From: an uncultured Chloroflexia bacterium
GTDB taxonomy: Bacteria; Chloroflexota; Limnocylindria; Limnocylindrales; CSP1-4
Assembly (NCBI GenBank): GCA_963813335.1
Contig: CAWEYL010000003.1
Location: forward strand, 1 to 64,000
Reading direction: 5' to 3'
Length of the DNA stretch: 64,000 nucleotides
Shown here: positions 28,397-40,012 of the stretch, in pieces
Layout of the letters: the number at the start of each line of letters is the position of its first letter
How positions within the stretch are numbered: the first letter of the stretch is position 1
The notes under the pieces: generated by a model
The model's database searches: none
What the model was told of the DNA's origin: nothing
The model's input: the letters and a program-made list of their open reading frames with translations, nothing else
Made by a program: the position numbers and the translations under genes

Positions 28397-29449
28397 TCAG
28401 CCACCCATCGCGAACATCTCGACCTTGGGCAGCGCCGAGGTCGTCGCGCGCGAGCGCAGCTCCGAATATCGGTCGTCGCGGCGCGTCCAGATGCCCGCCA
28501 GGAACGCGGCTAGCGCCTCGTCGTCCGCGCCGCTGCGCAGCTCGGCCCGGACGTCGCGCCCGTCGACCGCGAAGAGGCAGGTGTACAGCTTGCCCTCCGC
28601 CGACAGGCGCGCGCGCGTGCAGTCGCGGCAGAACGGCTCGGTGACCGACGAGATGACGCCGAACTCGCCGCCGCCGTCGAGGTAGCGCCAGCGGTCGGCG
28701 ACCTCGCCGCGGTACGACGGGTCCGCCGGCTCGATCGCCCAGCGCTCCCGGATCGCGGCGATCAGGTCCGCGGCGGGGACCACCTCGTCGAGGCGCCAGC
28801 CGTTCGAGTGCCCGACGTCCATGTACTCGATGAAGCGCAGGATCACGCCGGTCTCGCGCGCCCAGGCCGCCATCGGGACGATGCTCGATTCGTTGATCCC
28901 GCGGCGCACGACCATGTTGACCTTGACCGGGGCGAGCCCGGCGTCGATCGCGGCGTCGATCCCGTCGAGCACCTTGGCCACCGGGAAGTCGATCCCGTTC
29001 ATCGCGCCGAAGACGGCATCGTCGAGCGAGTCCAGGCTGACGGTGACGCGCCGCAGGCCGGCGTCCACCAGCGCCGGGGCATGCATCCGCAGAGCCGACC
29101 CGTTGGTGGTCAGCGTCAGGTCCAGCGCCTCGCCATCGGGACGCCGGATGCCGGCGAGCATGCCGATCAGGCTCGGCAGGTCCCGTCGGACCAGCGGCTC
29201 CCCGCCGGTGATGCGCAGCTTCTCGACCCCCAGCCCGACCGCGCTGCGGGCCACCCGGGTGATCTCCTCGAACGTCAGGACCTCGTCATGGGGCAGGAAG
29301 GCGAAGTCGCGGCCGAAGACCTCCTTGGGCATGCAGTACGTGCAGCGGAAGTTGCAGCGGTCCGTGACCGAGATGCGCAGGTCGCGCAACGCCCGTCCCA
29401 GCGTGTCGGTCACGCCCGGGCGCCCGTCGAAGGTGGCCGGCAGGTCCAT
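28397..29449 (-). CDS. moaA: GTP 3',8-cyclase (molybdenum cofactor biosynthesis, radical SAM)
   Basis: LRISVTDRCNFRCTYCMP, ITGGEPL, TTNG, FIEYMDVG, FCRDCTRARL, terminal MFAMGG. Confidence 0.97.
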   Translation of the reverse strand: MDLPATFDGRPGVTDTLGRALRDLRISVTDRCNFRCTYCMPKEVFGRDFAFLPHDEVLTFEEITRVARSAVGLGVEKLRITGGEPLVRRDLPSLIGMLAGIRRPDGEALDLTLTTNGSALRMHAPALVDAGLRRVTVSLDSLDDAVFGAMNGIDFPVAKVLDGIDAAIDAGLAPVKVNMVVRRGINESSIVPMAAWARETGVILRFIEYMDVGHSNGWRLDEVVPAADLIAAIRERWAIEPADPSYRGEVADRWRYLDGGGEFGVISSVTEPFCRDCTRARLSAEGKLYTCLFAVDGRDVRAELRSGADDEALAAFLAGIWTRRDDRYSELRSRATTSALPKVEMFAMGG

Positions 29450-29676
29450 CGGCACATCGTACCCCGCGTGCGGTGCCGGGCCCGCCACCGCCGGCGGACA
29501 GGTCGGGACTCCCCGCCGGTACCACCGGCGCACACCGCTGGTACCTCTAGCCAACTGCACCTTACTCACCACCGCTGGCACGATGCCTCCACGTCCCGGA
29601 TGCCCGGCCCACCTTGGCCGTCCACCCAGACCGGCCGCCACATCGACCAACTCGAACGAGCGAGGACTTCTGATCC

Positions 29677-31128
29677 ATGGCCACGACCGACACCAAACCC
29701 GGATTCCGGCTTCCCTGGGCCTCTGACCGTGGCGAAGCCGATCAGGAAAGTGCTCCGGCCGACGCCACCACCAAGACTGGCGACCCTGTCGCCGAGGAGA
29801 CCGACGCTGCTGCCATGATCGACGTCGAGCCCGCCACCGCGGACCAGGTCGAACCGACCGGGACCGCCGACTTCGAACCCGTCCGGACCGACAGCGCCTC
29901 CGCGTCCGTGGATGCCAGCGTCGAGACGGCGTCGGGGGCGGAGTCTGCCCAGGTGGCCGAGGCCGCGGCGGCCGAGTCGGCCTCCCCCGCCCGAGCCGCT
30001 GCCGGTGCGCGCAAGCCGAGCAAGTTCCTGGCCGACCTGACCAAGGCCATGCAGGCGACGGCCGAGGCCGCGCGCAACGAGACCATGGAGCGCTTCACCG
30101 CCGAGGCCAAGGCCGCCAGCGAGCGCGTCCACGCCGACGCGGCCGAGGAGATCACCGAGCTGCGTCGGAACGCCGACGACGACGTCGCCTCCATCCGCGA
30201 CTGGTCGAAGGGCGAGATCGCCCGGATCCGCGAGGAGACCGAGACCAAGATCACCGCCCGCAAGAACGACCTCGAGAGCGAGCTCGAGGCGCACGCCGGC
30301 GTCGTCGAGCGCCGGGTCGAGCGGGTCAGTGCCGCCGTCGCGGCGTTCGAGCTCGAGATGGCGGCCTTCTTCGAGCGCCTCCTCGCCGAGGACGACCCGT
30401 CCGCCTTCGCCACGATGGCCGAGCGCATCCCGGAGCCGCCGAGCCTCGATGGCAGCGCGGTCGACGACCACGCACCTGCCCCGAAGGCGACCGCGCCGAC
30501 CGTCGAGGCACCCGTCGCCGAGGCCGTGGTCGAGGCGACCGCCGACGCCCCGGAGCCCGTCGCCGAGACCGCGGCCACGGCTGATGCCCCCGAGGCTGCC
30601 ACCGAAACGACCGGCGACACGGTCGGCCAGATCGACGATGCCGCGGCCGCCGAGGCGGAGGCCGCGGCTGGCGCCGACGACCCCCGGCTCACGATGCTGG
30701 ACGGCGCCACCGACTTCGACGCGGCGGAGGCCGAGGCGGCCCTGTCGGCCGCCGAGGCGGAGGCCGCCCACGACGGGCCGAGCGAGATCCCGGCGATCGC
30801 CGAGGAAGTCGTCGCCGCCCGCCTGGCCGGCCTGGTGCCGCCGAGCGAGGGCAATCCCGAGCAGCAGACCGCGCGCGTCGTGGTGACCGGCCTGGTCAGC
30901 GTCGCGAGCATCGCCGGCTTCAAGCGCGGCCTCGCCCGCACGAGCGGCGTGGGTGCGGTCGGCGTGACCTCCGGACCGGACGGGGAGTTCGTCTTCAACG
31001 TCAGCCACGCGGCCGACATCGACCTCAAGGCCGCCATCGCCGCGCTGCCCGGCTTCGACGCGAAGGTCACCAGCGAGAGCGCCGACGGCTTCGAAGTCGC
31101 CGCCCGCGATCCCGAGGCGCGCGATTAG
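29677..31128 (+). CDS. acidic, Ala/Glu-rich coiled-coil protein with small C-terminal alpha/beta domain
   Basis: GAGGA RBS; heptad-rich central region (aa ~115-230); low-complexity acidic flanks; compact C-terminal domain. Confidence 0.75.
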   Translation: MATTDTKPGFRLPWASDRGEADQESAPADATTKTGDPVAEETDAAAMIDVEPATADQVEPTGTADFEPVRTDSASASVDASVETASGAESAQVAEAAAAESASPARAAAGARKPSKFLADLTKAMQATAEAARNETMERFTAEAKAASERVHADAAEEITELRRNADDDVASIRDWSKGEIARIREETETKITARKNDLESELEAHAGVVERRVERVSAAVAAFELEMAAFFERLLAEDDPSAFATMAERIPEPPSLDGSAVDDHAPAPKATAPTVEAPVAEAVVEATADAPEPVAETAATADAPEAATETTGDTVGQIDDAAAAEAEAAAGADDPRLTMLDGATDFDAAEAEAALSAAEAEAAHDGPSEIPAIAEEVVAARLAGLVPPSEGNPEQQTARVVVTGLVSVASIAGFKRGLARTSGVGAVGVTSGPDGEFVFNVSHAADIDLKAAIAALPGFDAKVTSESADGFEVAARDPEARD

Positions 31129-31155
31129 CGTCGTCGATCACGGAGAGGAGCCAAC

Positions 31156-32382
31156 GTGACCCGTCCGAGCGTCGTCGTCGCTCTGCCAGCGGCAGAGTCA
31201 GAGCCGGTCCTCGCCGAACTGGCGGGGGCTGGCTTCGACGTCGTCGAGGTGCGCTCGCCGGGTGCCCTCGAAGCGGTCCTCGCCACGCGCTCCGATATCG
31301 CCGTGGCCATCCTCGACGGCGAGACCGACTTCGACGAGTCGCTCGAGTACTACGCGGTCCTCCACGACGGCCAGCGCCATATCCCGGCACTGATGGTCGT
31401 CTCGACCAGCTCGTTCGAGCGTTGGACGGGCAGCTCGCACGGCGCCGACGACGAGTACCTGACCCGCCCGCTCGATGCCGAATCGATCCGCTGGCGCATC
31501 GAGGCGATGTGCATCCGCAGCCAGACGGTCGACGACGGCAGCGGGCCGATCCTCCAGAACGGCGACATGGGCGAGGGCTGGACCTCGCGCCGCGCGACCG
31601 TCATCGCCGTATTCAACCCGAAGGGCGGCGTCGGCAAGACGACCATCGCCACGAACCTGGCCGCCGTCCTGCAGACGCGGCGCGGTCGCTCGGTGCTGCT
31701 CATCGACGCCGACACCGTCACCGGCCACGTCAGCACGTCGCTCGCCATCGAGGCGGTCCGCAGCGTGTCCGACAGCTGGCGCGACGAGGCCGAGGGCGGC
31801 CATCCCGAGGCGCTGATGGACATCGCGTCCGCGCACGGCTCCGGGATGAAGGTGATCTCGCTGACCAATTCGCCGCTCAACATGGAGCTGCTCGACCCGT
31901 CCCGCGTCTCGGCTGAGATCAATGCGGCGCGCGGCTCCTACGACGTGATCATCATCGACCTGCACCCGTCGTACAGCGCGATCAACCAAGCCATCTTCGA
32001 GCTCGCCGACAAGATCCTCGTGCCGGTCACCCCGGACGTCCCCGCGCTGCGCGCCGCGGTCCAGTTCCGCGACGTCTCGATCACGCTGGGCTGCCGCGAG
32101 AAGATCGCCCTGCTGATCAACCGCGCCAACAGCGGGGTCTCCGTCGCCGACATCGAGCGGACCGTCGGCATGCCGGCCATCGCGCTGGTCCGCTCCGGCG
32201 GACTGCTCTTCGTCCGAGCGGCCAATGAGGGCCGGACGGTCGCCGAGATGTTCCCCAAGGAACGGGTCACCGCCGACTTCGACAACCTGGCCGACGCGCT
32301 CTTCGGCGTGGCGCCGACGACGGCCGCGGCCAAGCCGGCGATGCGAATATTCGCCCGCCAGAAGGAAGCCGCGAGCGCCTGA
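31156..32382 (+). CDS. receiver-like domain + MinD/ParA ATPase (CpaE/TadZ-like)
   Basis: N-terminal REC-like region (VAILD...EYLTRP); deviant Walker A NPKGGVGKTT, LLIDAD, IIIDL, LINR; GGAGAGGAG RBS. Confidence 0.85.
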   Translation: MTRPSVVVALPAAESEPVLAELAGAGFDVVEVRSPGALEAVLATRSDIAVAILDGETDFDESLEYYAVLHDGQRHIPALMVVSTSSFERWTGSSHGADDEYLTRPLDAESIRWRIEAMCIRSQTVDDGSGPILQNGDMGEGWTSRRATVIAVFNPKGGVGKTTIATNLAAVLQTRRGRSVLLIDADTVTGHVSTSLAIEAVRSVSDSWRDEAEGGHPEALMDIASAHGSGMKVISLTNSPLNMELLDPSRVSAEINAARGSYDVIIIDLHPSYSAINQAIFELADKILVPVTPDVPALRAAVQFRDVSITLGCREKIALLINRANSGVSVADIERTVGMPAIALVRSGGLLFVRAANEGRTVAEMFPKERVTADFDNLADALFGVAPTTAAAKPAMRIFARQKEAASA

Positions 32383-32423
32383 TCCCGGCGGCTCCCGCCG
32401 GTCACGAGCATCTCGCCGCGGGG

Positions 32424-33062
32424 CTACCCGCCCCCCGGACCGCCCGGTGTCAGGTCGGGCAACGGCTGCGCGCGCTCGCCGGCCATGCTGTCCACCTGGT
32501 CCACCCCGCGCAGGTAGAACCGGTTCAACAGGATGACGGTCGCCTCGCCGCCGTCGATCGCGTCGTTTCCGAGCATGGCCCTGGCGTCGGTGACCGGGAT
32601 GAACATGTCGCCCGAGCGGTCGAGCAGCCGCGACGGGTCCGTCCCCGGATAGAGGTAGACGGTCCCGACCACCCTGTACGGCGGGGCTTCGAGCGCGAGG
32701 TCGTAGCGGACCTTGTGGATCCGGTGGGCCGTCTTCTCGTCCTCGGTCATCGGCGGCAGCGTCGTCTCGCCGGCGAGCACGAGGATCAGGTCGTAGGGGT
32801 CGATGGCCCGCAGGCCCGGCGCCTCCGTCATCGGCCCGGAGCCGTCGACCGGGGCCCAGCGGACGTCGTCGATGGGCACGGACTCGCGCTTGTTGAGGAC
32901 GTCCGAGAGGCGGCCGTCGACGTCCATCCGGCCCGTCAGGCGCCATTCCTCGGTCACCGCGTCGAACGCGATGCCCCGTCCGGGAGCTGCGGCGGGCGCG
33001 GCCGACGGCGCCGGCTCGGCGGCCGGCTCGTCTTTCCTGCGCTTCAGGAAATCGAACGGCAC
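32424..33062 (-). CDS. hypothetical protein (two similar beta-rich modules, DUF6812-like)
   Basis: GTG start 1 nt after the acs stop with GAGGAG RBS; WRLTGRM...RLSDVLN and YRVVGTV...FIPVTDA...ILLNR. Confidence 0.7.
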   Translation of the reverse strand: MPFDFLKRRKDEPAAEPAPSAAPAAAPGRGIAFDAVTEEWRLTGRMDVDGRLSDVLNKRESVPIDDVRWAPVDGSGPMTEAPGLRAIDPYDLILVLAGETTLPPMTEDEKTAHRIHKVRYDLALEAPPYRVVGTVYLYPGTDPSRLLDRSGDMFIPVTDARAMLGNDAIDGGEATVILLNRFYLRGVDQVDSMAGERAQPLPDLTPGGPGGG

Positions 33063-33063
33063 G

Positions 33064-35040
<1,977 letters not shown>

Positions 35041-35128
35041 GTGGCCTCCTGCTACGACGGTCGCCCCATTCTAGCCAGCCGCCCGGCGGACCGGTCCGGC
35101 GCGCTCCGGACTCGCGGTGCGCGGACGC

Positions 35129-36070
35129 CTACTCGTCGGGGAGCAGGTCGTCGTCGCTGGGGCCGGCCTCGGTGGTCGCGGCGTCCGCGAACGGACCCGG
35201 CTCACGCGCCAGCACGACGCGCTGCGGGCGGGGGATCTCGATGCCGTTGGCGGTGAACGCGGCGAGCAGGCGCTTGCGCAGCTCGCCGCTGGCGGCCCAC
35301 TGGTCGGGCGCCCGCACGCTGCCCAGGATCTTGAGCGTGACGCCGTGCTCGGCGAGGGCCTCGACGCGCTCGACGCGCGGCGCCTCGAGGATCCGCCGAT
35401 GCCACAGCGGCTCGGCGGCCATCTCGCGGCCGACCGCGTCGACCACCTCGATCGCCTTGTCGATGTCGGTGCCGTAGGCCACGGTCACGTCCTGGTTGAT
35501 CCGCGACCAGACCCGGGTCAGGTTGGAGGCCACCTTGACCTCGCCGTTGGGCACGGTGTGGACGATGCCGTCGAGGTCGCGCAGCGTCGTGCGCCGCAGG
35601 GTGAAGTCCTCGACCGTGCCCGCCACCCCGCCGATGCGCACGACGTCACCCTTCGCGTACTGGTTCTCGACGAGGATGAGCGCGCCATTGAGGTAGTCGC
35701 GGACCATGCTCTGCGCCCCGAAGCCGACCGCGATGCTGACGACCCCGAGGCCCGCGAGCGCGGGCCCGATGTTGAGCCCGAGCTCGCCCATGATCATCAA
35801 GCCGGCGATGACGAGGATGAAGAAGCGGAGGGCGTTGCCGAGGAGGGCATCGAGCGTATCCATCCGCTTGGCGATCTCGACGGCGCTCAGCTCCTGGGCC
35901 GTCCCCTCGGTGGTCTCCCGGTCGAGCAGCGTCTTGACGATGCCGTGCACGAAGATCCGGGCGAGTCGCAGCGCGATGACCGCGACGACCACGATGAGCA
36001 GGAGCGGCAGCACCTCGGCCTTGATCCAGGCGACGAGGTCGCTCCAGGGCGGCTTGTCCAGGTCGGGCAC
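35129..36070 (-). CDS. mscS: small-conductance mechanosensitive channel family
   Basis: AVGFGAQ..VRDY..G..IL.ENQY..GD, GTVE..TLRRT.LRD..G..H.VPNG. Confidence 0.9.
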   Translation of the reverse strand: MPDLDKPPWSDLVAWIKAEVLPLLLIVVVAVIALRLARIFVHGIVKTLLDRETTEGTAQELSAVEIAKRMDTLDALLGNALRFFILVIAGLMIMGELGLNIGPALAGLGVVSIAVGFGAQSMVRDYLNGALILVENQYAKGDVVRIGGVAGTVEDFTLRRTTLRDLDGIVHTVPNGEVKVASNLTRVWSRINQDVTVAYGTDIDKAIEVVDAVGREMAAEPLWHRRILEAPRVERVEALAEHGVTLKILGSVRAPDQWAASGELRKRLLAAFTANGIEIPRPQRVVLAREPGPFADAATTEAGPSDDDLLPDE

Positions 36071-36107
36071 GACGACAGCGTAGCGCGTGGGCCGCGTCGG
36101 CCGGGCG

Positions 36108-36914
36108 TCAGGCCGTGGCGGAGACCGGCTGGGGCGTCGGGCGGTCGGGGGCGGTGCCGCCGAGGCGGACCGAGATAGCCGCGGCGGCCTCGCGCGCCTG
36201 CGCCGCGAGCTCCGGGACGCGCCGCGGGGTCAGGCGAAACGCGGGACCCCAGATGTCGACGGCGGCGATGACGTTGCCACGGGCGTCGTGCACCGGTGCG
36301 GCGACGGCGTTGAGGCCCAGCTCGTACTCGCCGATGGCGGTGGCGTACCCGCGGCGGCGGATGCGCGCCAGCTCCTCGAGCAGCGGCTCGAGCTGCGTGA
36401 TGGTCCGCTCCGTGTAGCTGGCGAGGCCGCGCCGGACGATGCGGAGCACCTCGCGCTCGGCGAGGGCCGCCAGCAGGACCTTGCCCGACGCGACGCAGTG
36501 GAGCGGCGTCGCCCGACCGGTCCAGTCGCCGACCGCGATCAGGTTGGGGCCGTCCGCCTGGGCGACCGCGAGCATCGAGTCGCCGTCGAGGACGCCCAGT
36601 CCGGTCGTCTCATGGGTGAGGCGGGCAAGCCGCTCGAGCTCGGGCAGCGAGATGCCGCGCAGGTCGAGCGTCCGCTCAGCACGCTCGGCGAGCCGGATGA
36701 CGACCAAGCCGAGGCGGTACTTGCCCGTCTCGCCGTCCTGCTCGACGAGGCCCCGCTTCTGGAGCGTCGCGAGCAGCCGCGAGGCGGTCGACTTGTGCAG
36801 GCCGAGTCGGCGCGCCAGCTCGGTCACGCCGGCCTCGCCCTGGCTGTCGCCGAGGGCCAGCAGGAGCGCCGCGGCCCGGTCGACCGAGCGGACCGCGTTC
36901 CCGTCAAGCACCAT
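36108..36914 (-). CDS. IclR family transcriptional regulator
   Basis: VRSVDRA, GVTELARRLGLHKSTASRLL, PLHCVASGKVLLA, IRRRGYA, AVAAPV. Confidence 0.95.
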   Translation of the reverse strand: MVLDGNAVRSVDRAAALLLALGDSQGEAGVTELARRLGLHKSTASRLLATLQKRGLVEQDGETGKYRLGLVVIRLAERAERTLDLRGISLPELERLARLTHETTGLGVLDGDSMLAVAQADGPNLIAVGDWTGRATPLHCVASGKVLLAALAEREVLRIVRRGLASYTERTITQLEPLLEELARIRRRGYATAIGEYELGLNAVAAPVHDARGNVIAAVDIWGPAFRLTPRRVPELAAQAREAAAAISVRLGGTAPDRPTPQPVSATA

Positions 36915-36925
36915 CGTGGCCCCGC

Positions 36926-38326
36926 TCAGCCCGCGGCCGGGGCGGCCATGCCGCCGTGGGGATGGGGTGGCGGGGCACCGTGGGCGCGGGCCTCGAGCGC
37001 GGCGTCGAGCGAATCGGCGAAGATCGAGACGATCCGGTCGACCGTGTCGCCGCCGGCGTGCGCCTCGCACATGAACCACGGCTCGCGCGAGTCGGGCTCC
37101 GGCATCGCGCCACGGGCGTGCATGCCGATGGCGATGGCGTCGTACAGCTCGTGGTCCGTGGTGGCCCAGTCGCGGTACTCGGTCGCCTCCTCCTCACGGA
37201 ACATGATCCCGAACATCGAGGGGTGCCCGGTGAAGTGGTACGGCAGCCCGGTCGGGTTGAGGATCTCGCGCAGGCCGTCCTGGATGCGCCGGCCGGTCGC
37301 GTGGACGGTCTCGAGGGCGTCCGTCTCCTTGATGATCGAGAGCGTCTTCACCGCGGCCGCGGCGGCCACCCGGTTCCCGGCGTACGTGCCGCCGTGGCTG
37401 ACCTTGTCGGGGAGGACGCTCATGACCTCGGCCCGGCCGCCGAATGCCGCTGCCGGATAGCCATTGCCCATCGCCTTGGCGTAGGTCGCGAGGTCCGGCT
37501 TGATGCCGAAGAACTCGGCCGCGCCGCCGCGCGCGAAGCGGAAGCCGGTCTTGACCTCGTCGAAGATCAGCAGGATCCCGAACTCCTGGGTGAGCGCTCG
37601 CATCGCCTGGTGGAACCCGGGCTTGGGCATGATCCCCTGGGCGTTGCCGAGCACCGGCTCGACGATGACCGCCGCGATCTGGTCGCCCTCGCGCTCGAAC
37701 AGGCGGCGCAGGAAGTCGATGTTGTTGTAGCGCGCCGGGATGATCGTGTCCGCGACGGCGCCGGGGATGCCGCGACCCCAGGCCAGGCGGACGGGGTTGT
37801 CCTCGTCGCCGAGCTCGGACATGTCGTCCGGCGAGACGCTGATCAGCGCGTAGTCGTGGACGCCGTGGTATTGGCCCTCGAACTTCACGATCTTCTCGCG
37901 CCCCGTGTACGCCCGGGCGATGCGCATCGCGTGCATCGTCGCCTCGGTGCCCGACACGGTCATGCGCGCCTGCTCGACCCAGCCCGTGAGCTCGCAAACG
38001 AGCTCCATCGCCCTGACTTCGTCCTCGGTCGTCAGGCTGAAGCTGACGCCGCGGCGCATGCGCTCGTTGACGTAGTCGTCGACCCGGGGGTCGCCGTGGC
38101 CGAGGATCACCGGGCCGTAGCCCATGCGCAGGTCGATGAACTCGTTGCCGTCCTGGTCCCAGACCATCCCGCCCTGGCCGCGATCGACATAGATCGTGTC
38201 CTCACCCCAGGCGCGGAAGTTCGAGTCCGTGCCGCCGGGCATCACGGCGAGCGCGCGCCGGTACATGGCGTGCTGCTGCTCTCGTCGGAGCGGTGGGACG
38301 GTTCGGGCGGCGGGTTCGGTGGCCAT
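36926..38326 (-). CDS. class III PLP aminotransferase (glutamate-1-semialdehyde aminomutase-like)
   Basis: MPGG, GPVILGH, SGTEATMHA, KFEGQYHG, FDEVKTGFR, YAKAMGNG, HGGTYAGN. Confidence 0.88.
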   Translation of the reverse strand: MATEPAARTVPPLRREQQHAMYRRALAVMPGGTDSNFRAWGEDTIYVDRGQGGMVWDQDGNEFIDLRMGYGPVILGHGDPRVDDYVNERMRRGVSFSLTTEDEVRAMELVCELTGWVEQARMTVSGTEATMHAMRIARAYTGREKIVKFEGQYHGVHDYALISVSPDDMSELGDEDNPVRLAWGRGIPGAVADTIIPARYNNIDFLRRLFEREGDQIAAVIVEPVLGNAQGIMPKPGFHQAMRALTQEFGILLIFDEVKTGFRFARGGAAEFFGIKPDLATYAKAMGNGYPAAAFGGRAEVMSVLPDKVSHGGTYAGNRVAAAAAVKTLSIIKETDALETVHATGRRIQDGLREILNPTGLPYHFTGHPSMFGIMFREEEATEYRDWATTDHELYDAIAIGMHARGAMPEPDSREPWFMCEAHAGGDTVDRIVSIFADSLDAALEARAHGAPPPHPHGGMAAPAAG

Positions 38327-38409
38327 GAAGGTCCTCAGCTGCGGGTTCGGGCCGCGCGACGACCCGCGGCGTGGGACGGGCGTTGCGCGATACGGGACGG
38401 AACCCGGGC

Positions 38410-38439
38410 ATCGTGCCATACGGCTCAGGCCAGCGTCAA
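38410..38439 (-). promoter_or_regulatory. sigma70-type promoter TTGACG-N18-CACGAT for the aminotransferase-iclR operon
   Basis: Minus-strand -35 at 38439-38434 and -10 at 38415-38410; a semi-palindrome at 38382-38398 lies just downstream. Confidence 0.45.
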
Positions 38440-38557
38440 CGCGACATTCGTACGAGATGGCTGCGAACCGTGCGAATCACGGCGGCTGCAGGTCCGTCCC
38501 CGACGGGATGCGTGCCGGAGCGCCGATCGCGCATCCGGCCCGGCGGGCCGTGTCACC

Positions 38558-39982
38558 ATGGCCGACGTGACCACGCGGCCCGACGCCACCCATCGCCGCG
38601 ACCCCGCCGAACCGGTCAGCTACTGGCTGCGCGGCCCGTCCCCGGTCATGGATCCCCAGCTCGTGGCCGGCGACGCGCTCGACGTGGACGTCGCCATCGT
38701 CGGAGGCGGCTTCACCGGCCTGTGGACCGCGATCGCCCTGACCGACACGGACCCGGGCCTGCGGATCGCCGTCCTCGAGGCCGAGACCGTCGCCTTCGGG
38801 GCCAGCGGCCGCAACGGCGGCTTCTGCGAGGCCAGCCTGACCCACGGACTGGCCAACGGGATCCGCCACTTCCCCGACGAGCTCGAGCGGCTCGAGCGCG
38901 AGGGGATCGACAACCTGCAGGGGCTGATCGCGTTCACCCGCGAGCACGCGATCGAGTGCGACCTCGAGGAGACCGGCACCCTGGCCCTCGCCGACCAGCC
39001 GCACCAGGTCGAGGAGTTCCGCGCCTGGGTGGACGAGGCGGCCGCGCACGGCGAGCACCTCGAGTTCCTCGACCGCGACGCCGTGCAGGCGGAGATCCAC
39101 TCCCCGCTCTGGCAGGCAGGGCTGTACCGGCCGCCCGGTCGCGACGTGGTGCTCGACCCGGCGGCGCTCTGCCGCGGGATCGCGCGAGTGGCACGCGAGC
39201 GCGGCGTCCGGGTGCACGAGGGGACGAGGGTCGCCCGCCTGGAACGCCGGGCCGGCGGCGTCCTGGTCCGGACGGCCGCGGGAGCGACGGTGCGGGCAGG
39301 GCAGGTCGTCGTGGCCACCTCGGCCTACTCGGGCTGGCTGCGCCGCCTGTCATCGCAGTTCGTGCCGGTCTACGACTACGTCCTGGTCTCGGAGCCGCTG
39401 GCGCCCGACGAGCGGCGCGCCATCGGCTGGGCGCGGCGCCAGGGCCTGTCGGACGCGAACAACCAGTTCCACTACTTCCGCCTCACCGCCGACGACCGGA
39501 TCCTGTGGGGCGGCTACGACGCCATCCACTACCCGGGCAGCCGGGTCGGGCCGGAGCTCGACCGCCGGCCGGCGACGTTCGAGAAGCTCGAGGCGCAGTT
39601 CTTCCGCGCGTTCCCGCAGCTCGAGGGCCTGGCCTTCCCGTACCGCTGGGGCGGCGCGATCGACACGACCTCGCGCTTCACGGTGACCTTCGGCCAGACC
39701 ATGGGCGGCCGGGTCACCTACGCGCTCGGCTACACCGGCCTGGGCGTCGGGACCAGCCGCTGGGCGGCCGGCGTGGTCCGGGACATCCTGCTGCGGCCCG
39801 ACGAGGACCGCCTGCGGCTCCGCATCGTGAGCAGCCCGCCGTTCCCGTTCCCGCCCGAGCCCATCCGCTCGATCGCGGTCGACACCGTGCGCCGCGAGCT
39901 CGACCGCGCGGACCGCGAGGAAGGGCGCCGCTCGGTCATCCTGCGGACGCTCGACGCCCTGGGGATCGGCTTCGACTCCTAG
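38558..39982 (+). CDS. FAD-dependent oxidoreductase (PuuB/OrdL, DAO family)
   Basis: SYWL, DVAIVGGGFTGLWTA, GASGRNGGF, YFRLTADDRILWGG, WGGAID, GYTGLGV. Confidence 0.9.
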   Translation: MADVTTRPDATHRRDPAEPVSYWLRGPSPVMDPQLVAGDALDVDVAIVGGGFTGLWTAIALTDTDPGLRIAVLEAETVAFGASGRNGGFCEASLTHGLANGIRHFPDELERLEREGIDNLQGLIAFTREHAIECDLEETGTLALADQPHQVEEFRAWVDEAAAHGEHLEFLDRDAVQAEIHSPLWQAGLYRPPGRDVVLDPAALCRGIARVARERGVRVHEGTRVARLERRAGGVLVRTAAGATVRAGQVVVATSAYSGWLRRLSSQFVPVYDYVLVSEPLAPDERRAIGWARRQGLSDANNQFHYFRLTADDRILWGGYDAIHYPGSRVGPELDRRPATFEKLEAQFFRAFPQLEGLAFPYRWGGAIDTTSRFTVTFGQTMGGRVTYALGYTGLGVGTSRWAAGVVRDILLRPDEDRLRLRIVSSPPFPFPPEPIRSIAVDTVRRELDRADREEGRRSVILRTLDALGIGFDS

Positions 39983-40012
39983 CGGTCGTCGAGGCCCGTC
40001 CTCGGCGGCTCG

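Noticed and set aside
28280-28397. oriC call
   Set aside because: DnaA boxes are present, but no dnaA/dnaN neighbours or visible AT-rich unwinding element; kept only as a DnaA-box cluster.
30420-30780. Tandem repeat or CRISPR-like pattern in GCCGAG-rich DNA
   Set aside because: Low-complexity Ala/Glu codons in a coding region; no fixed repeat-spacer period was seen anywhere in the window.
36926-38326. Assigning hemL
   Set aside because: The family matches, but the context (IclR, amine oxidase, no hem genes) suggests a catabolic paralog, so the symbol is withheld.
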